From a virus (Duplodnaviria > Caudoviricetes), in the IMG/VR virus record IMGVR_UViG_3300028585_000041, positions 1-40,096 of that record: a stretch of DNA of 40,096 nt; one strand, given 5' to 3'. Below are positions 8,897 through 18,951 of this stretch, one piece after another (the stretch's first letter is position 1; each line of letters starts with the position of its first letter). Made by a program: the position numbers and the translations under genes. The notes under the pieces were generated by a model. It was not told where the DNA came from and did no database searches. It was given only the letters and a program-made list of their open reading frames with translations.

Positions 8897-9310
8897 ATGG
8901 CTGACACCACCGCCGAGACCCCGGCCCTGCCGGCGGACCTCGAGGACGTCCGCAACTCGTTCGAGCGCGCCCTGACCACGGACGAGGCGCGCGTGATCCC
9001 CGCGTGGCTCGGGACCGCCTGGCGGAAGCTGCAGAAGGCGGTCCCGGGCCTCGCCGGTCGGCTGGCACTCGAGGACGGCCCTGCCGCCCTCGACCAGGAC
9101 GACGTGAAGGACGTCCTCGTCGCGATGGTCGAGCGGAAGCTGCGGAACCCGGACATGCTCCGGACGTTCAACGGCGACACCGCTTCGTTCACCGTCGACA
9201 GCGAAGCGTCCGCCGGGAAGATCTACGTCACCGACGAGGAACGGCTCGCGCTCGGCATCCCCGACCGCGGGTCGAGCGGCATGTACTCGATCCAGCTCGA
9301 GAGGTCGTGA
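8897..9310 (+). CDS. Head-to-tail adaptor
   Basis: MVERKLRNPD and IYVTDEE motifs; synteny. Confidence 0.75.
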   Translation: MADTTAETPALPADLEDVRNSFERALTTDEARVIPAWLGTAWRKLQKAVPGLAGRLALEDGPAALDQDDVKDVLVAMVERKLRNPDMLRTFNGDTASFTVDSEASAGKIYVTDEERLALGIPDRGSSGMYSIQLERS

Positions 9311-9720
9311 TGGTCTCCTCGACGTACCTGGCGATCGCCCGGCGCCGCGAGGAAGCCGGCATGACCGACTCGTGCACCATCACCCGCGGGACGACGAGCG
9401 GGGACCCGGACCCCACGACCGGGACGGTGCCCGTGGCATCGACCCCGATCTACTCCGGACCCTGCGAGTACGTCGCCGCGAACACCGAAGCCCGCACGGT
9501 CGGAACCGGCGGCCGAGACCTGGTGGAGCAAGGAGCCGTGCTCAAGCTCCCGGTCGACGCCGCCGGCTCCGCAGCCGTGCGCCCCGGCGACCACGCGGTC
9601 GTCACCCTCAGCAGCCACGACACGACGAGCGACCCTGTCCTCGTCCGTGTCGATGGCGGCCATCACCAGACAGTCGCCGTCTCTCGGCGGATCCCCGTCA
9701 CGGAGGTGCTGCGTGGCTGA
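9310..9720 (+). CDS. Head-to-tail stopper (DUF6093-like)
   Basis: MTDSCTITR...YSGPC...LKLP; TGATG coupling. Confidence 0.7.
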   Translation: MVSSTYLAIARRREEAGMTDSCTITRGTTSGDPDPTTGTVPVASTPIYSGPCEYVAANTEARTVGTGGRDLVEQGAVLKLPVDAAGSAAVRPGDHAVVTLSSHDTTSDPVLVRVDGGHHQTVAVSRRIPVTEVLRG

Positions 9721-10126
9721 CGACGAGTTCTTCATCGACACGCACCGCCTCGACCAGGTCGCCGTCGCCCTCGGCAACGTGCCGGGCGCGACGCTGCCGA
9801 AGGTCCGCTCCGCGGTGCAGTTCAACTCGAACCTGGTCAAGCAGGACTGGCGGAAGGCGCTGGCCGGCAACCGGTACGCACCCCGTGTGCCCTTCTCGAT
9901 CACGTACTCGACCATCGAGCTGCCCGATGCCATCACGTCGGAGATCGGCGCGGAGAAGGGCACCGGCAAGCAGGGCGGTGTCGCGTTGCTCCTCGAGTAC
10001 GGCGCCCCCAGGAAGAAGCTCGCCCCGCGCGGCTACGGCATGCACTCCGTCCAGGACAACCTCGACGACCTCGAGAAGGGCCTCCGGAAGGCGATCGAGG
10101 ACGGCCTCGCGGCGGTGAACCTATGA
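9713..10126 (+). CDS. Neck/tail completion protein (HK97 gp10-like)
   Basis: SITY...EIG...LLEYG motifs; synteny. Confidence 0.65.
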   Translation: MADDEFFIDTHRLDQVAVALGNVPGATLPKVRSAVQFNSNLVKQDWRKALAGNRYAPRVPFSITYSTIELPDAITSEIGAEKGTGKQGGVALLLEYGAPRKKLAPRGYGMHSVQDNLDDLEKGLRKAIEDGLAAVNL

Positions 10127-10575
10127 CCGCCGCGCCCGACGACTACGCCGAGACGGTCTCGTTCCGAGACACCATCCGGACGATCCCGCAGCTCATCGGC
10201 CGCGTCGGCCTCGGGCAGGCCCCGGAAACACCCGACGGGAAGCCGCTCGACGCGGCAGTCCCGTACGCCGTCATCTACGGGTCCCGCACGGACGAGAGCA
10301 CGGACCGGTTCGCCGCGGCCGCGTGGCGTCGTCGGCCTTCGTGGATCGTGCACGGAGTCGGTGCGACTGAACTCGCAGCCGTCGCCGCGCTGGGGTGGAT
10401 CGACGACCGGCTCCGGCCGGGCCCGTTCCGCCGCGGCATCACCATCCCGGTCCCCGGCCGGCGCACCTCCCCGGTCGCTCGCCTCGAGCGGCCCGGCAAC
10501 GCCGAGGACGACGCCGCCGAGCCGTCGGTGTGGTCCGCGATCGCCGTCTACGGCTTCGAGTCCGACCCCGCCTGA
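10123..10575 (+). CDS. Tail terminator
   Basis: PYAVIY motif; synteny. Confidence 0.6.
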   Translation: MTAAPDDYAETVSFRDTIRTIPQLIGRVGLGQAPETPDGKPLDAAVPYAVIYGSRTDESTDRFAAAAWRRRPSWIVHGVGATELAAVAALGWIDDRLRPGPFRRGITIPVPGRRTSPVARLERPGNAEDDAAEPSVWSAIAVYGFESDPA

Positions 10576-10588
10576 CAAGGAGAACACC

Positions 10589-10891
10589 ATGCGCAAGCAG
10601 CCCATCGTCGAGCAGGTCGACGTCGTCATCGGCCCGAAGGACGACGAGCGCGTCGTCACCGTCGCGAAGGCGACCGCGGACCGCTGGCCCGACGTCTACC
10701 GGCCCGCCACGACCGCCGCCGGCAACCAGACCGCCGCCGCGAAGCGAGCGAAGGACACCCGCGGGAAGGACCCGGCCCCGATCACGGACGCCGCTGACCT
10801 CCCGACCACGGGCGACACGACCACGGCGACCGCCGCGGCCGACACCACTGCCGGGACGTCCGGCGTGACCACGGAAGGAGTCACGTCGTGA
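10589..10891 (+). CDS. Hypothetical protein (Thr/Ala-rich C-terminus)
   Basis: AAGGAG RBS; overlaps tail tube start. Confidence 0.65.
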   Translation: MRKQPIVEQVDVVIGPKDDERVVTVAKATADRWPDVYRPATTAAGNQTAAAKRAKDTRGKDPAPITDAADLPTTGDTTTATAAADTTAGTSGVTTEGVTS

Positions 10892-11394
10892 CTCGCGATC
10901 TCATCCTGCCCCCGAGTGTCGACGTCGACAGCAACTTCGCGCTGCTCGCCGCCCCGAAGTCGACCATCCTCACCTGGCCGCCGAAGTTCAGCGACGTGAT
11001 CGCCGACACCACCGTCGACATCACCTACTCGCTGACCACCGACGGGTGGACGCATGGGAAGTCCCAGGACGTCACCACCGACCCCCGGTTCTCGCTCCGT
11101 GAGAACCTCGGCGGCTTCGGCCCCGTCACCCACACCCCGTCGCTGACGTACGTCTACGGCAGCGACGAGGACATCGCCGACCCCCTGCTGCAGGAGGACG
11201 AGGAATACGTCCTCTTCGCCCGGTACGCGACGCCGTGGGAGCAGGAGTTCGCCGCCACGGACAAGTTCGACGTCTTCGGCGTCGTCGCCGGCACGAAGGT
11301 CCGCAACACCGCGGCCGGCGGGAAGTTCACGAAGACCCAGGCGCTCGCGCCGCGTCGTCGGGTGCTCGAGGACCAGGTCCTCGCCGCCGCCTGA
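10888..11394 (+). CDS. Major tail (tube) protein
   Basis: DITYSLTTDGW, LTYVY; precedes chaperones. Confidence 0.8.
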   Translation: MTRDLILPPSVDVDSNFALLAAPKSTILTWPPKFSDVIADTTVDITYSLTTDGWTHGKSQDVTTDPRFSLRENLGGFGPVTHTPSLTYVYGSDEDIADPLLQEDEEYVLFARYATPWEQEFAATDKFDVFGVVAGTKVRNTAAGGKFTKTQALAPRRRVLEDQVLAAA

Positions 11395-11405
11395 CGGTGA
11401 CACAC

Positions 11406-11444
11406 GTGCGGGCGGCGGTCCTTTCCGGGAGCCGTCGCCCGCAC
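11406..11444 (+). terminator. GC-rich hairpin after tail tube gene (attenuator or mRNA stabiliser)
   Basis: GTGCGGGCGGCGG pairs with CCGTCGCCCGCAC; pyrimidine tract follows. Confidence 0.5.
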
Positions 11445-11488
11445 CCCTTCTTCCCTCATCCCGGATCGATCCCGGAAGGATTCACACC

Positions 11489-12112
11489 ATGGGCAACATC
11501 GCGAAGGCCCGCCAGAGCTACAAGCCGCCGACGGGCACCGTCCGCATGGTCCTCGACGTCGAGCTGTCCAAGCAGCGCAACCTGCTCCTGAAGCAGATCA
11601 GCGACGCGAACGACCACGCCGACGAGCTACGCCGAGAGGCCGGCGACCGGCCCGTCACCCCGAAGCTGAAGAAGGCGAACGACGAGGTACTGCGCCTCAA
11701 CGAGGAGCTGCAGGCGCTCGAGGAGCGGGAGCGGGAGCACGTGCACACGCTGCACATGACGAAGCTGCCCGGCATCGAGTGGAACGACATCGCCGACAAG
11801 TTCCCGCCGCGCATCGACGTGCAGCTCGACATCGACCTCGGCTACAACCACCACGCCGTGTCGCTCGTCGCCGCGCGGGTGAACACGGTCGACGTGAAGG
11901 AACCCCTCGCCGAGGGCGAGCAGCGCGACGAGGAGGGGACCTACGCCGAGATCGACGGCGTCGTCCACCACGCCGAACCGCTCGACGACGACGACTGGAA
12001 CTTCATCGAGGAGATCGCGTCCGGCTGGGACATCGCGAACCTCGTCAACGTGCAGCTGAACCTCAACGTGCTGCAGGCATCGAACCGACTGGGGCGCCTG
12101 AAAAAAGGCTGA
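11489..12112 (+). CDS. Tail assembly chaperone (G-like)
   Basis: Between tail tube and tape measure; ends CTG AAA AAA GGC TGA. Confidence 0.8.
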   Translation: MGNIAKARQSYKPPTGTVRMVLDVELSKQRNLLLKQISDANDHADELRREAGDRPVTPKLKKANDEVLRLNEELQALEEREREHVHTLHMTKLPGIEWNDIADKFPPRIDVQLDIDLGYNHHAVSLVAARVNTVDVKEPLAEGEQRDEEGTYAEIDGVVHHAEPLDDDDWNFIEEIASGWDIANLVNVQLNLNVLQASNRLGRLKKG

Positions 12113-12621
12113 CCGAGGACCCCACCCTCCGCCGGACCGTCGAGCTCTCACGAGCGATGGGCGTGTCCGTGCGGAGGCTGCAGGGGTGGGAGCCGTCCGA
12201 GCGGACCGTGTACGTGTACGGGTCCGACGGGCGGCTCTCGTCGTCCACGACGACCCTCGAGTCCGAGTTCGGCCCGACCGACGTCGAGTGGCTGACCGCG
12301 CTCCTCGACGTCGAGCGCGAGACCGGACCGCACGGCTTCCTCATCTCGGAAGCCACCGACCCGGACGCCGACCCTGATCTGCCGGGTTCGCACTACCGGT
12401 TCATGGCCGGCACGCCGCAGATGTCGCCGGAGGGCGGCGTCGTCTGGTCGCCGACCTACGACCTCGCCGAGCGCGCCATGCAGCACGCGGTGTCACGGGT
12501 CCGCGGCGAAGACCCGGACCCGCACGCCGGTCTGATGATGCCCGTCCACCGGGTGCGTGTGCAGCCGAAGAAGGACCGCGTCCGGAAGCGACGCGCTGCT
12601 CCACCGCCCCCGACCGCTTGA
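12100..12621 (+). CDS. Tail assembly chaperone -1 frameshift extension (GT-like)
   Basis: Open -1 frame EKRLTEDPTLRRTVELSRAMGVSVRRLQGWEP; entered at GAAAAAAG. Confidence 0.75.
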   Translation, partial: EKRLTEDPTLRRTVELSRAMGVSVRRLQGWEPSERTVYVYGSDGRLSSSTTTLESEFGPTDVEWLTALLDVERETGPHGFLISEATDPDADPDLPGSHYRFMAGTPQMSPEGGVVWSPTYDLAERAMQHAVSRVRGEDPDPHAGLMMPVHRVRVQPKKDRVRKRRAAPPPPTA

Positions 12622-12648
12622 CGCCTCCGGGCAGGAAGCAGGTGCCCC

Positions 12649-15600
12649 TTGGCGAACGGCAGCGATCGCAGCATCATCCTCGAGATCGGCGCCAAGATCG
12701 GCGGGTTCGTCACGGCGATGAACCAGGGGCAAGCCGCCGCGACGAACTTCACGAACCAGACCGTGCGCGGTGCGGCCGCCGCGGCCCGGGCGCTGCACAA
12801 GCAGCGGGAGGCCGCGGAGTCCCTCGCGAAGCCGCTCCTCGCTGTGGGAGCGGTCGCTGCCCTCGCGGTCGGCGGCGCGATCAAGGCGTATGCGGACTTC
12901 GACGAGAAGATGTCGTCGGTCAAGTCGCTGTCGCACGCGACCGCCGACGAGATGCGGGAGCTCAAGGAGGCTGCGCTCACCACGGGCACGGCGATCGGCT
13001 ACTCCGCGACCCAGGCGGCGGAAGCCGAGATCGAGCTCGTGAAGGCCGGCACCTCGGCGGCTGACATCACCGGCGGTGCCCTGTCCGGTGCGCTGAAGCT
13101 CGCTGCGGCCGGTCAGATCGACGTCGCTGACGCGACCGAGATCGCCGCCTCGACGCTCGCCCAGTTCGGCCTCAAGGGCAAGGACGTCACGCACATCGCG
13201 GACCTCCTCTCGGCTGGCGCCGACAAGGCGCTCGGTGGTGTCTCCGAGCTCGGTGAGGGCCTGAAGTACATCGGCCCCGTCGCGGCCGCCGCGCACATCG
13301 GTCTTGAGCAGACCGTCGGTTCCCTGGCCCTGCTCGCGCAGAACGGCATCATGGGTGAGCAGGCGGGCACCAGCCTCCGCGGCATCCTCCTCTCGCTGAC
13401 GGCCCCGTCGAAGGTCGCGGCGAAGGCGATGCAGCAGTACGGCATCGAGGTCTACAACGCGCAGGGCAAGTTCATCGGGTTCAACGGCGTCGCCGAGCAG
13501 CTGAACAAGAAGCTCGGCACGCGCAAGGACGCAGAGCGCGACGCGGCCCTCGGCACGATCTTCGGCAACGCGCAGATCACCGCCGCGACCGTCCTCATGA
13601 AGGGCGGCGCGAAGGAGGTCGACCGGTGGACGAAGGCCGTCAACGAGCAGGGCTTCGCCACCGAGCAGGCCGTCGGCAAGATGGACAACCTCAACGGCGA
13701 CCTGACAAAGCTGAAGGCATCGTTCCTCACCGCCGGCATCGTCACCGGTCAGGCCGCTGACGGTCCGCTCCGCACCGCGGTGCAGGTCATCACCGACCTG
13801 ATCGACACCTACAACGAGGCACCCGGCGCGGTGCAGGGCGTCGTCCTCGGCGTCGGCGCGCTCACCGCGGCAGTCGCACTCAGCGGCGGCACGATGCTGA
13901 TCGCCATCCCGAAGATCGTCGCGTTCAACGCGGCGATGCTCACCCTGGCGACTGCTCGGATCCCGCTCGTCTCGGGGGCTGCGGCCCTCGGCCTGCGGAG
14001 CGTCTCGGCGTTCGGACGCGGCATGTCGGGCGCGACCGTGCACACCGCGGGGCTGTCGCGGGCATCCCGCATCGCGGTCGGCGCTTCAGCCGGCATGGGG
14101 AAGGCGCTGTCGGCGACGGCAGGGTTCCTCATGGGCCCGTGGGGCATCGCGCTCGGTGTCGGCGCCGCTGCTGTCGTCGGGCTGAACCTGGCGGCGGACT
14201 CCGGTGCTGCGTCGCAGGAGGAGCTGACCAACGCGATCAGCACCACGGCCGACGCCGCGAAGCTGCTCGAGAAGGCCGGACAGCGGTCCGACTTCTCGAA
14301 GTTCCTGGCCGGCGACACCGCGAAGAACCTGCAGGACCTCCGGACGGTCATTAAGCAGCTGAGCTCCGAGCCGGTCTCGATCTTCTCGTCGTTCACCATC
14401 AAGCAGGAGTCGAAGTCCCTGAAGGACCTCGGCTCCGCGCTCGGTGAGGTCGCGTCGGCGGACGCCCCGTCAGCAGCACGCGCGTTCAAGTCGCTGCGGG
14501 ACGAGCAGAAGCTGACTCGGGACCAGACGTCGAAGCTGATCGACCTGATGCCCGGGTACAAGGCGCAGCTCGTCAACCAGGCGACGGCGCTCGGCATCTC
14601 GGCGTCGAAGTCGAACCTGCTGAAGCTGGCCACGGGCCAGTACGAGGAGGCGGCGAAGAGCGCGAAGGCGCCGACGAAGGACAACGCCGACGCGCTCCAG
14701 AAGCTCAACACGTCGGCCGAGGACGCCGCGAAGGCGGTCGAGAGCACCACGAAGGCCCTCCGTGATCTGACGTCTCCGACGTTGGATGCTCGGTCGGCTC
14801 AGCGTGACTTCGAGGCTGCTGTCGACGCGGTGACGGGCTCCCTGAAGGAGAACGGCAAGAGCCTCGACATCACGACGGACAAGGGCCGCGCGAACCAGAG
14901 CGCTCTCGACGCGATCGCGCAGTCGGCGGAGGCGTCGGCCGCCGCGATCTTCAACCAGACCACCTCACAGGATCAGGCGACTGATGCGATGCGGCGGGGT
15001 CGGGACGAGCTGATCGCGGCGCTGGGCCAGTACGGCATCACCGGGCAGGCAGCGCAGGACTACGCGGACAAGATCATCGGTACGCCGACGGACTGGTCGA
15101 CGTTGTTCACGAACAACGCGCCGGATGCCGGCGGTCCGGTGGATCAGCTGCGCGGCAAGATCAACGCGATCCCGAAGCTCGCGACGACCCTGTTCAAGGT
15201 GCAGGGTGACAGCACGGCGGTCGACCAGATCCTCGCGAAGATCCGCATGGCCCGGTCCGAGATGAAGGACCTCAACGGGAAGAGCGTCTCCGGCGGCGGC
15301 CGCATGGGGACGTTCGCGTCGGGCGGTCAGATCGTCGGGCCCGGGACCGGCACGTCCGACGACGTGCCGATCTGGGCGTCGAACCGTGAGTGGATCATCC
15401 GCGAGCGGTCAGCGTCGAAGTACGGCCCGCAGATCATGCACGCGATCAACCAGGGGACGCTGTCGAAGCAGCAGCTGATGTCGGCCATGGTCGGTGCCCC
15501 CCGGTTCGCGTCGGGCGGTCCGGTGTCTGCTCCGGTCCGGTACGCGCCGCCTGCTCAGCAGGTCGTCGTCGTGCAGGGCGGCGGCAGCTCCGGAGGGGCG

Positions 15601-15699
15601 TCGGCGGAGATCAACATCTACCCGCAGCGCGGGCAGTCGGAGCGTGAGATCGGTCGCGCTGCGATGGACGAGTGGAACTGGCAGGCGCGAAGGGGATGA
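12649..15699 (+). CDS. Tape measure protein
   Basis: 1016 aa, Ala-rich; TP901-type core (DFDEKMS, GEQAGTSLRG, KMDNLNGD); FASGG motifs. Confidence 0.93.
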   Translation: MANGSDRSIILEIGAKIGGFVTAMNQGQAAATNFTNQTVRGAAAAARALHKQREAAESLAKPLLAVGAVAALAVGGAIKAYADFDEKMSSVKSLSHATADEMRELKEAALTTGTAIGYSATQAAEAEIELVKAGTSAADITGGALSGALKLAAAGQIDVADATEIAASTLAQFGLKGKDVTHIADLLSAGADKALGGVSELGEGLKYIGPVAAAAHIGLEQTVGSLALLAQNGIMGEQAGTSLRGILLSLTAPSKVAAKAMQQYGIEVYNAQGKFIGFNGVAEQLNKKLGTRKDAERDAALGTIFGNAQITAATVLMKGGAKEVDRWTKAVNEQGFATEQAVGKMDNLNGDLTKLKASFLTAGIVTGQAADGPLRTAVQVITDLIDTYNEAPGAVQGVVLGVGALTAAVALSGGTMLIAIPKIVAFNAAMLTLATARIPLVSGAAALGLRSVSAFGRGMSGATVHTAGLSRASRIAVGASAGMGKALSATAGFLMGPWGIALGVGAAAVVGLNLAADSGAASQEELTNAISTTADAAKLLEKAGQRSDFSKFLAGDTAKNLQDLRTVIKQLSSEPVSIFSSFTIKQESKSLKDLGSALGEVASADAPSAARAFKSLRDEQKLTRDQTSKLIDLMPGYKAQLVNQATALGISASKSNLLKLATGQYEEAAKSAKAPTKDNADALQKLNTSAEDAAKAVESTTKALRDLTSPTLDARSAQRDFEAAVDAVTGSLKENGKSLDITTDKGRANQSALDAIAQSAEASAAAIFNQTTSQDQATDAMRRGRDELIAALGQYGITGQAAQDYADKIIGTPTDWSTLFTNNAPDAGGPVDQLRGKINAIPKLATTLFKVQGDSTAVDQILAKIRMARSEMKDLNGKSVSGGGRMGTFASGGQIVGPGTGTSDDVPIWASNREWIIRERSASKYGPQIMHAINQGTLSKQQLMSAMVGAPRFASGGPVSAPVRYAPPAQQVVVVQGGGSSGGASAEINIYPQRGQSEREIGRAAMDEWNWQARRG

Positions 15700-15700
15700 C

Positions 15701-16477
15701 GTGGACCAGGTGACGGAAGACATCGTCCGCATCGGCGGTCTCGAGTTCCGCGGCGGCGAGGGGTTCGACGGGTTCTACATCGCCCCGGACGGACTCATCG
15801 GGTGGGACGACAGCCCGGACGTCCGGTTCGACACCATCGACCGGGACAACGGCGACGGTGAGCATGACGTGCCCGTGTACTACGGGGCCCGCGTGCTCAC
15901 CGTCTCCGGGTTCTGCTACGCCGACTCGAGCGAGAAGCTCGGCTACTACCGGGACCGGCTCATAGGTCTCCTCGCGAACAACATGCGAGTCGACGTCACG
16001 CTGCACGGTGTGACGACGTTCGGGCAGGGCGCGATGGCGGCGGCGTCGAAGTTCCAGGTCGACATCGCCGGCCGCCGCGCCATGTACCAGTTCTCCCGCC
16101 GCTTCCGGGACCCGTGCAAGTACGGGGACCTGAACACGTCGGAGACGGTGAGCGGCGACGACCGCGGCACGATCCGCCACTACGGCAACACGTGGGCGTC
16201 GTCGGAACTGACGATCACCGGATCAGACGCGGCCGGCTACATCATCGTCGGCCCCAGCGGCCGCCGCATCGACGTGAACGTGCCCCTCACCGCCGGGGTG
16301 CCGCACACCTTCGACACCGGTACCGGCATGCTCCGCGTCGGTGTATCCGTCCGGTACGGGGCGCTCGGTCGCGTTGACCTGTGGCGCACCGCACCCGGGA
16401 AGACGACCGCGTACGGCGTCGGCGGAACCGGGTCGACAACGAGGATCGTCGCCCGCACGCGGGACACCTACATCTGA
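15701..16477 (+). CDS. Minor tail protein (distal tail-like)
   Basis: Follows TMP; GLIGW...YGARVLTVSG...DPCKY. Confidence 0.75.
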   Translation: MDQVTEDIVRIGGLEFRGGEGFDGFYIAPDGLIGWDDSPDVRFDTIDRDNGDGEHDVPVYYGARVLTVSGFCYADSSEKLGYYRDRLIGLLANNMRVDVTLHGVTTFGQGAMAAASKFQVDIAGRRAMYQFSRRFRDPCKYGDLNTSETVSGDDRGTIRHYGNTWASSELTITGSDAAGYIIVGPSGRRIDVNVPLTAGVPHTFDTGTGMLRVGVSVRYGALGRVDLWRTAPGKTTAYGVGGTGSTTRIVARTRDTYI

Positions 16478-16489
16478 GCGGAGGCTGCC

Positions 16490-17581
16490 ATGTGGACGAC
16501 GTGGATCTGCGCGACGATGACCGGGATCAAGCTCGCACAGCTCGACCCCGTGTCTTCGTCGTTCTCCCGGCAGCTGAACGGCATCGGGTCCGGAACGCAC
16601 GAGTTCGTCACCGCGGAGATCGGTGAGGGTGACACCGTCGAGGAACGCCGCGCATCACGTGTCGACCTCACCCGGACGTGGGCGCGGACCGTTGTCCAGT
16701 GCTGGGACGACGTGCCGCTGTACGCCGGCGTGATCGTGGGGAAGACGCGGAAGCCCAACGGCACCGTGTCGATCAACACGGTCGACGTGCGTGAGGTCAT
16801 GAAGTACCGGACCACGTTCGGGCAGAACGGCTACAACGGGCAGACCGACGGCCGGTTCACGCTGAAGAACAAGACCCTCACGATCATCGCGAACTACCTG
16901 ATCGCTGACGCAACGCAGCAGGGCCTCACCGCGAACTGGACCCTGCCCTTCCAGATCACGCCTCCAGACCGCGACGGTAACCAGAGCCGCGAGTACCACG
17001 AGTTCAACCTGCCCGTCATCGAGACGGAACTGTCCGCCCTGCAAGACACCGACGGCGGACCGGACATCGACTTCAACCCGGTGTGGTCTGCCAGCAGGCT
17101 CCGCTGGGAGTGCCGCGTCGGCACGCTGTCCGGGCCGACACTCGACTGGACCCTCAGCGCGTCGGAAACCTCGGCGACCGAGTTCGGGTTCGTGGAGGAC
17201 GGCAACGCGCAGGGCAACGTCTTCTACGCCGTCGGGAACGGGTCGGACCGTGACCTGAAGGTCGCGACGTCCGCTGGTCTGCTGCAGGGCGACGAGCCGG
17301 CGCTCGAGCGCATCCTGCCGCACACGCAGGAGCGGAGCCTTCCGGTGCTGCAGGCGCACGCTCAGGCGTCGCTGCAGGCGTACCGGCGGCCGACGCGGCA
17401 GTACACGCTGAGCATGCAGGCCGACGGCGAACCGGGAGCCGGGGACCTGGTCCTCGGGCAGACACTCCGCACCTACACGGACAACGACGACTGGCTGCCG
17501 GACGGCTGGCTGTCGCATCGGCTGATCGGCTACACGGCCGACCTCACGACGACGATCAAGCTGCAGATGCAGCAGCAGTGA
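16490..17581 (+). CDS. Minor tail protein (baseplate hub-like)
   Basis: SFSRQLNGIGSG, GPDIDF motifs; GGAGG RBS. Confidence 0.75.
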   Translation: MWTTWICATMTGIKLAQLDPVSSSFSRQLNGIGSGTHEFVTAEIGEGDTVEERRASRVDLTRTWARTVVQCWDDVPLYAGVIVGKTRKPNGTVSINTVDVREVMKYRTTFGQNGYNGQTDGRFTLKNKTLTIIANYLIADATQQGLTANWTLPFQITPPDRDGNQSREYHEFNLPVIETELSALQDTDGGPDIDFNPVWSASRLRWECRVGTLSGPTLDWTLSASETSATEFGFVEDGNAQGNVFYAVGNGSDRDLKVATSAGLLQGDEPALERILPHTQERSLPVLQAHAQASLQAYRRPTRQYTLSMQADGEPGAGDLVLGQTLRTYTDNDDWLPDGWLSHRLIGYTADLTTTIKLQMQQQ

Positions 17582-17591
17582 CGGAGGGCTC

Positions 17592-18410
17592 ATGGGGCGC
17601 ATCGACAACCTGAACGACAACGCGGAGCTCGCCGACCTGAAGCGCCGCGTCCGGGCGCTCGAGACCCGCAACCCGATGTCCGACTCGGCAGTGTCGGGCG
17701 GCCGGACCCGGTTCATCGGGGAGAACTCGTTCCTCATCGAGGGGTCCGGCGGCGTCACGGGCACGCTGACGATCGACGGCCTCGAAGTCGTCGACGGGGA
17801 GCTCCGCATCAGCGGCACGCTGAACGTCTCCGGCGACTCCCACCTTTCGGGCCCTACCAAGGTCACCGGGAAGATGGACATTGACGGCCCGACGACGATC
17901 ACCGGCGACACCAGCGTCACGGGCGACTTCCACCTCGAGGGCACATCCACGCTGGACGGTCCGACGACGATCAGCGGCCGGCTGCGCATCACCGGGGACA
18001 CGTCCCTCGAGGGTGCGTTCCACGTGACCGGCGCCACCGTCATCGACGGGAAGCTGACGATCAACGGTGACACGACCCTGTCGGGCGACCTGACCGTCGA
18101 TGACAGCGGTCACATCCGGGTCGGCGACATGACGATCGGTAGGTCCGGCGGCCGCGGGAAGGTCGACTTCGGGACGGGCGAGCTCGCCTCCGACGGCACG
18201 AAGGTCGCCCTGCAGTCCGGAGCAGCCCTCGTCGGCGTCGGCGGCGGGATCGCACAGCTCACAGTCGGCGGCAACGGCTTCCGGATTGACAGCGGCGGCA
18301 TTCGCATCGGCGACCTGCCTCTGACCGACCAGCCCTCGAACCTCTACATCGACAGCAACAACAAGCTGTGGCGGACCACTGCGACCAGCGGTGGCGGCGT
18401 CAGCGCCTGA
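17592..18410 (+). CDS. Minor tail protein with coiled coil and beta-helix repeats
   Basis: LKRRVRALET, then roughly 6-residue G-x-(T/L)-x-(I/V)-x repeats. Confidence 0.7.
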   Translation: MGRIDNLNDNAELADLKRRVRALETRNPMSDSAVSGGRTRFIGENSFLIEGSGGVTGTLTIDGLEVVDGELRISGTLNVSGDSHLSGPTKVTGKMDIDGPTTITGDTSVTGDFHLEGTSTLDGPTTISGRLRITGDTSLEGAFHVTGATVIDGKLTINGDTTLSGDLTVDDSGHIRVGDMTIGRSGGRGKVDFGTGELASDGTKVALQSGAALVGVGGGIAQLTVGGNGFRIDSGGIRIGDLPLTDQPSNLYIDSNNKLWRTTATSGGGVSA

Positions 18411-18426
18411 TCCCGGAAGGAACCTG

Positions 18427-18885
18427 ATGCCTACCGTCACTGGCACGCTCCGCGACTTCAAGCTCGACACCCTCAACTCACTGTCGCCACGCGTCATCTT
18501 CACCGCGTCCGAGGCAGCGGTCACGTCGAACGCGATCCTGTCGACGCGTCCGATCGTCGTCATCCCGAACGCGGCCGGCGGGTTCACCGTCGAGCTGCAG
18601 TCCACCGACTCGGTCCAGCCGCTCGTGTTCTACCGGATCCGGGTCGAGTGGCTTGAGTCCGACGACGGCTACGTCGGCGTCGACTTGCTCGACTGGCCCC
18701 TGTACGTGCCCGCCGAGGGCGGCTCCATCGGCGATCTGCTGGGCACTCCGTCGAACCCGATGCAGGTGTGGATCGGGCTGACGCCGCCGCCGTCGCCTGT
18801 CACGCCGGGCACGTGGTGGTTGGTCAGCAACCCGGACGACGTCACCGACCCGAGGAACACCGGCGAACTCTTTGAGTGGTCCTGA
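18427..18885 (+). CDS. Minor tail protein (fibre attachment/N-terminal module)
   Basis: GGFTVEL, YRIRVEWL; ends TGELFEWS. Confidence 0.65.
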   Translation: MPTVTGTLRDFKLDTLNSLSPRVIFTASEAAVTSNAILSTRPIVVIPNAAGGFTVELQSTDSVQPLVFYRIRVEWLESDDGYVGVDLLDWPLYVPAEGGSIGDLLGTPSNPMQVWIGLTPPPSPVTPGTWWLVSNPDDVTDPRNTGELFEWS

Positions 18886-18906
18886 CCCTCACCACCACCG
18901 CCAACC

Positions 18907-18938
18907 ACGCCGCCCTGTCCGGGGCGGCGTTCGTCGTT
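18907..18938 (+). terminator. Hairpin terminator/attenuator before lysis cassette
   Basis: ACGCCGCCCT-gtcc-GGGGCGGCGT followed by TCGTCGTT. Confidence 0.55.
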
Positions 18939-18951
18939 GAAGGAGGCCCCC

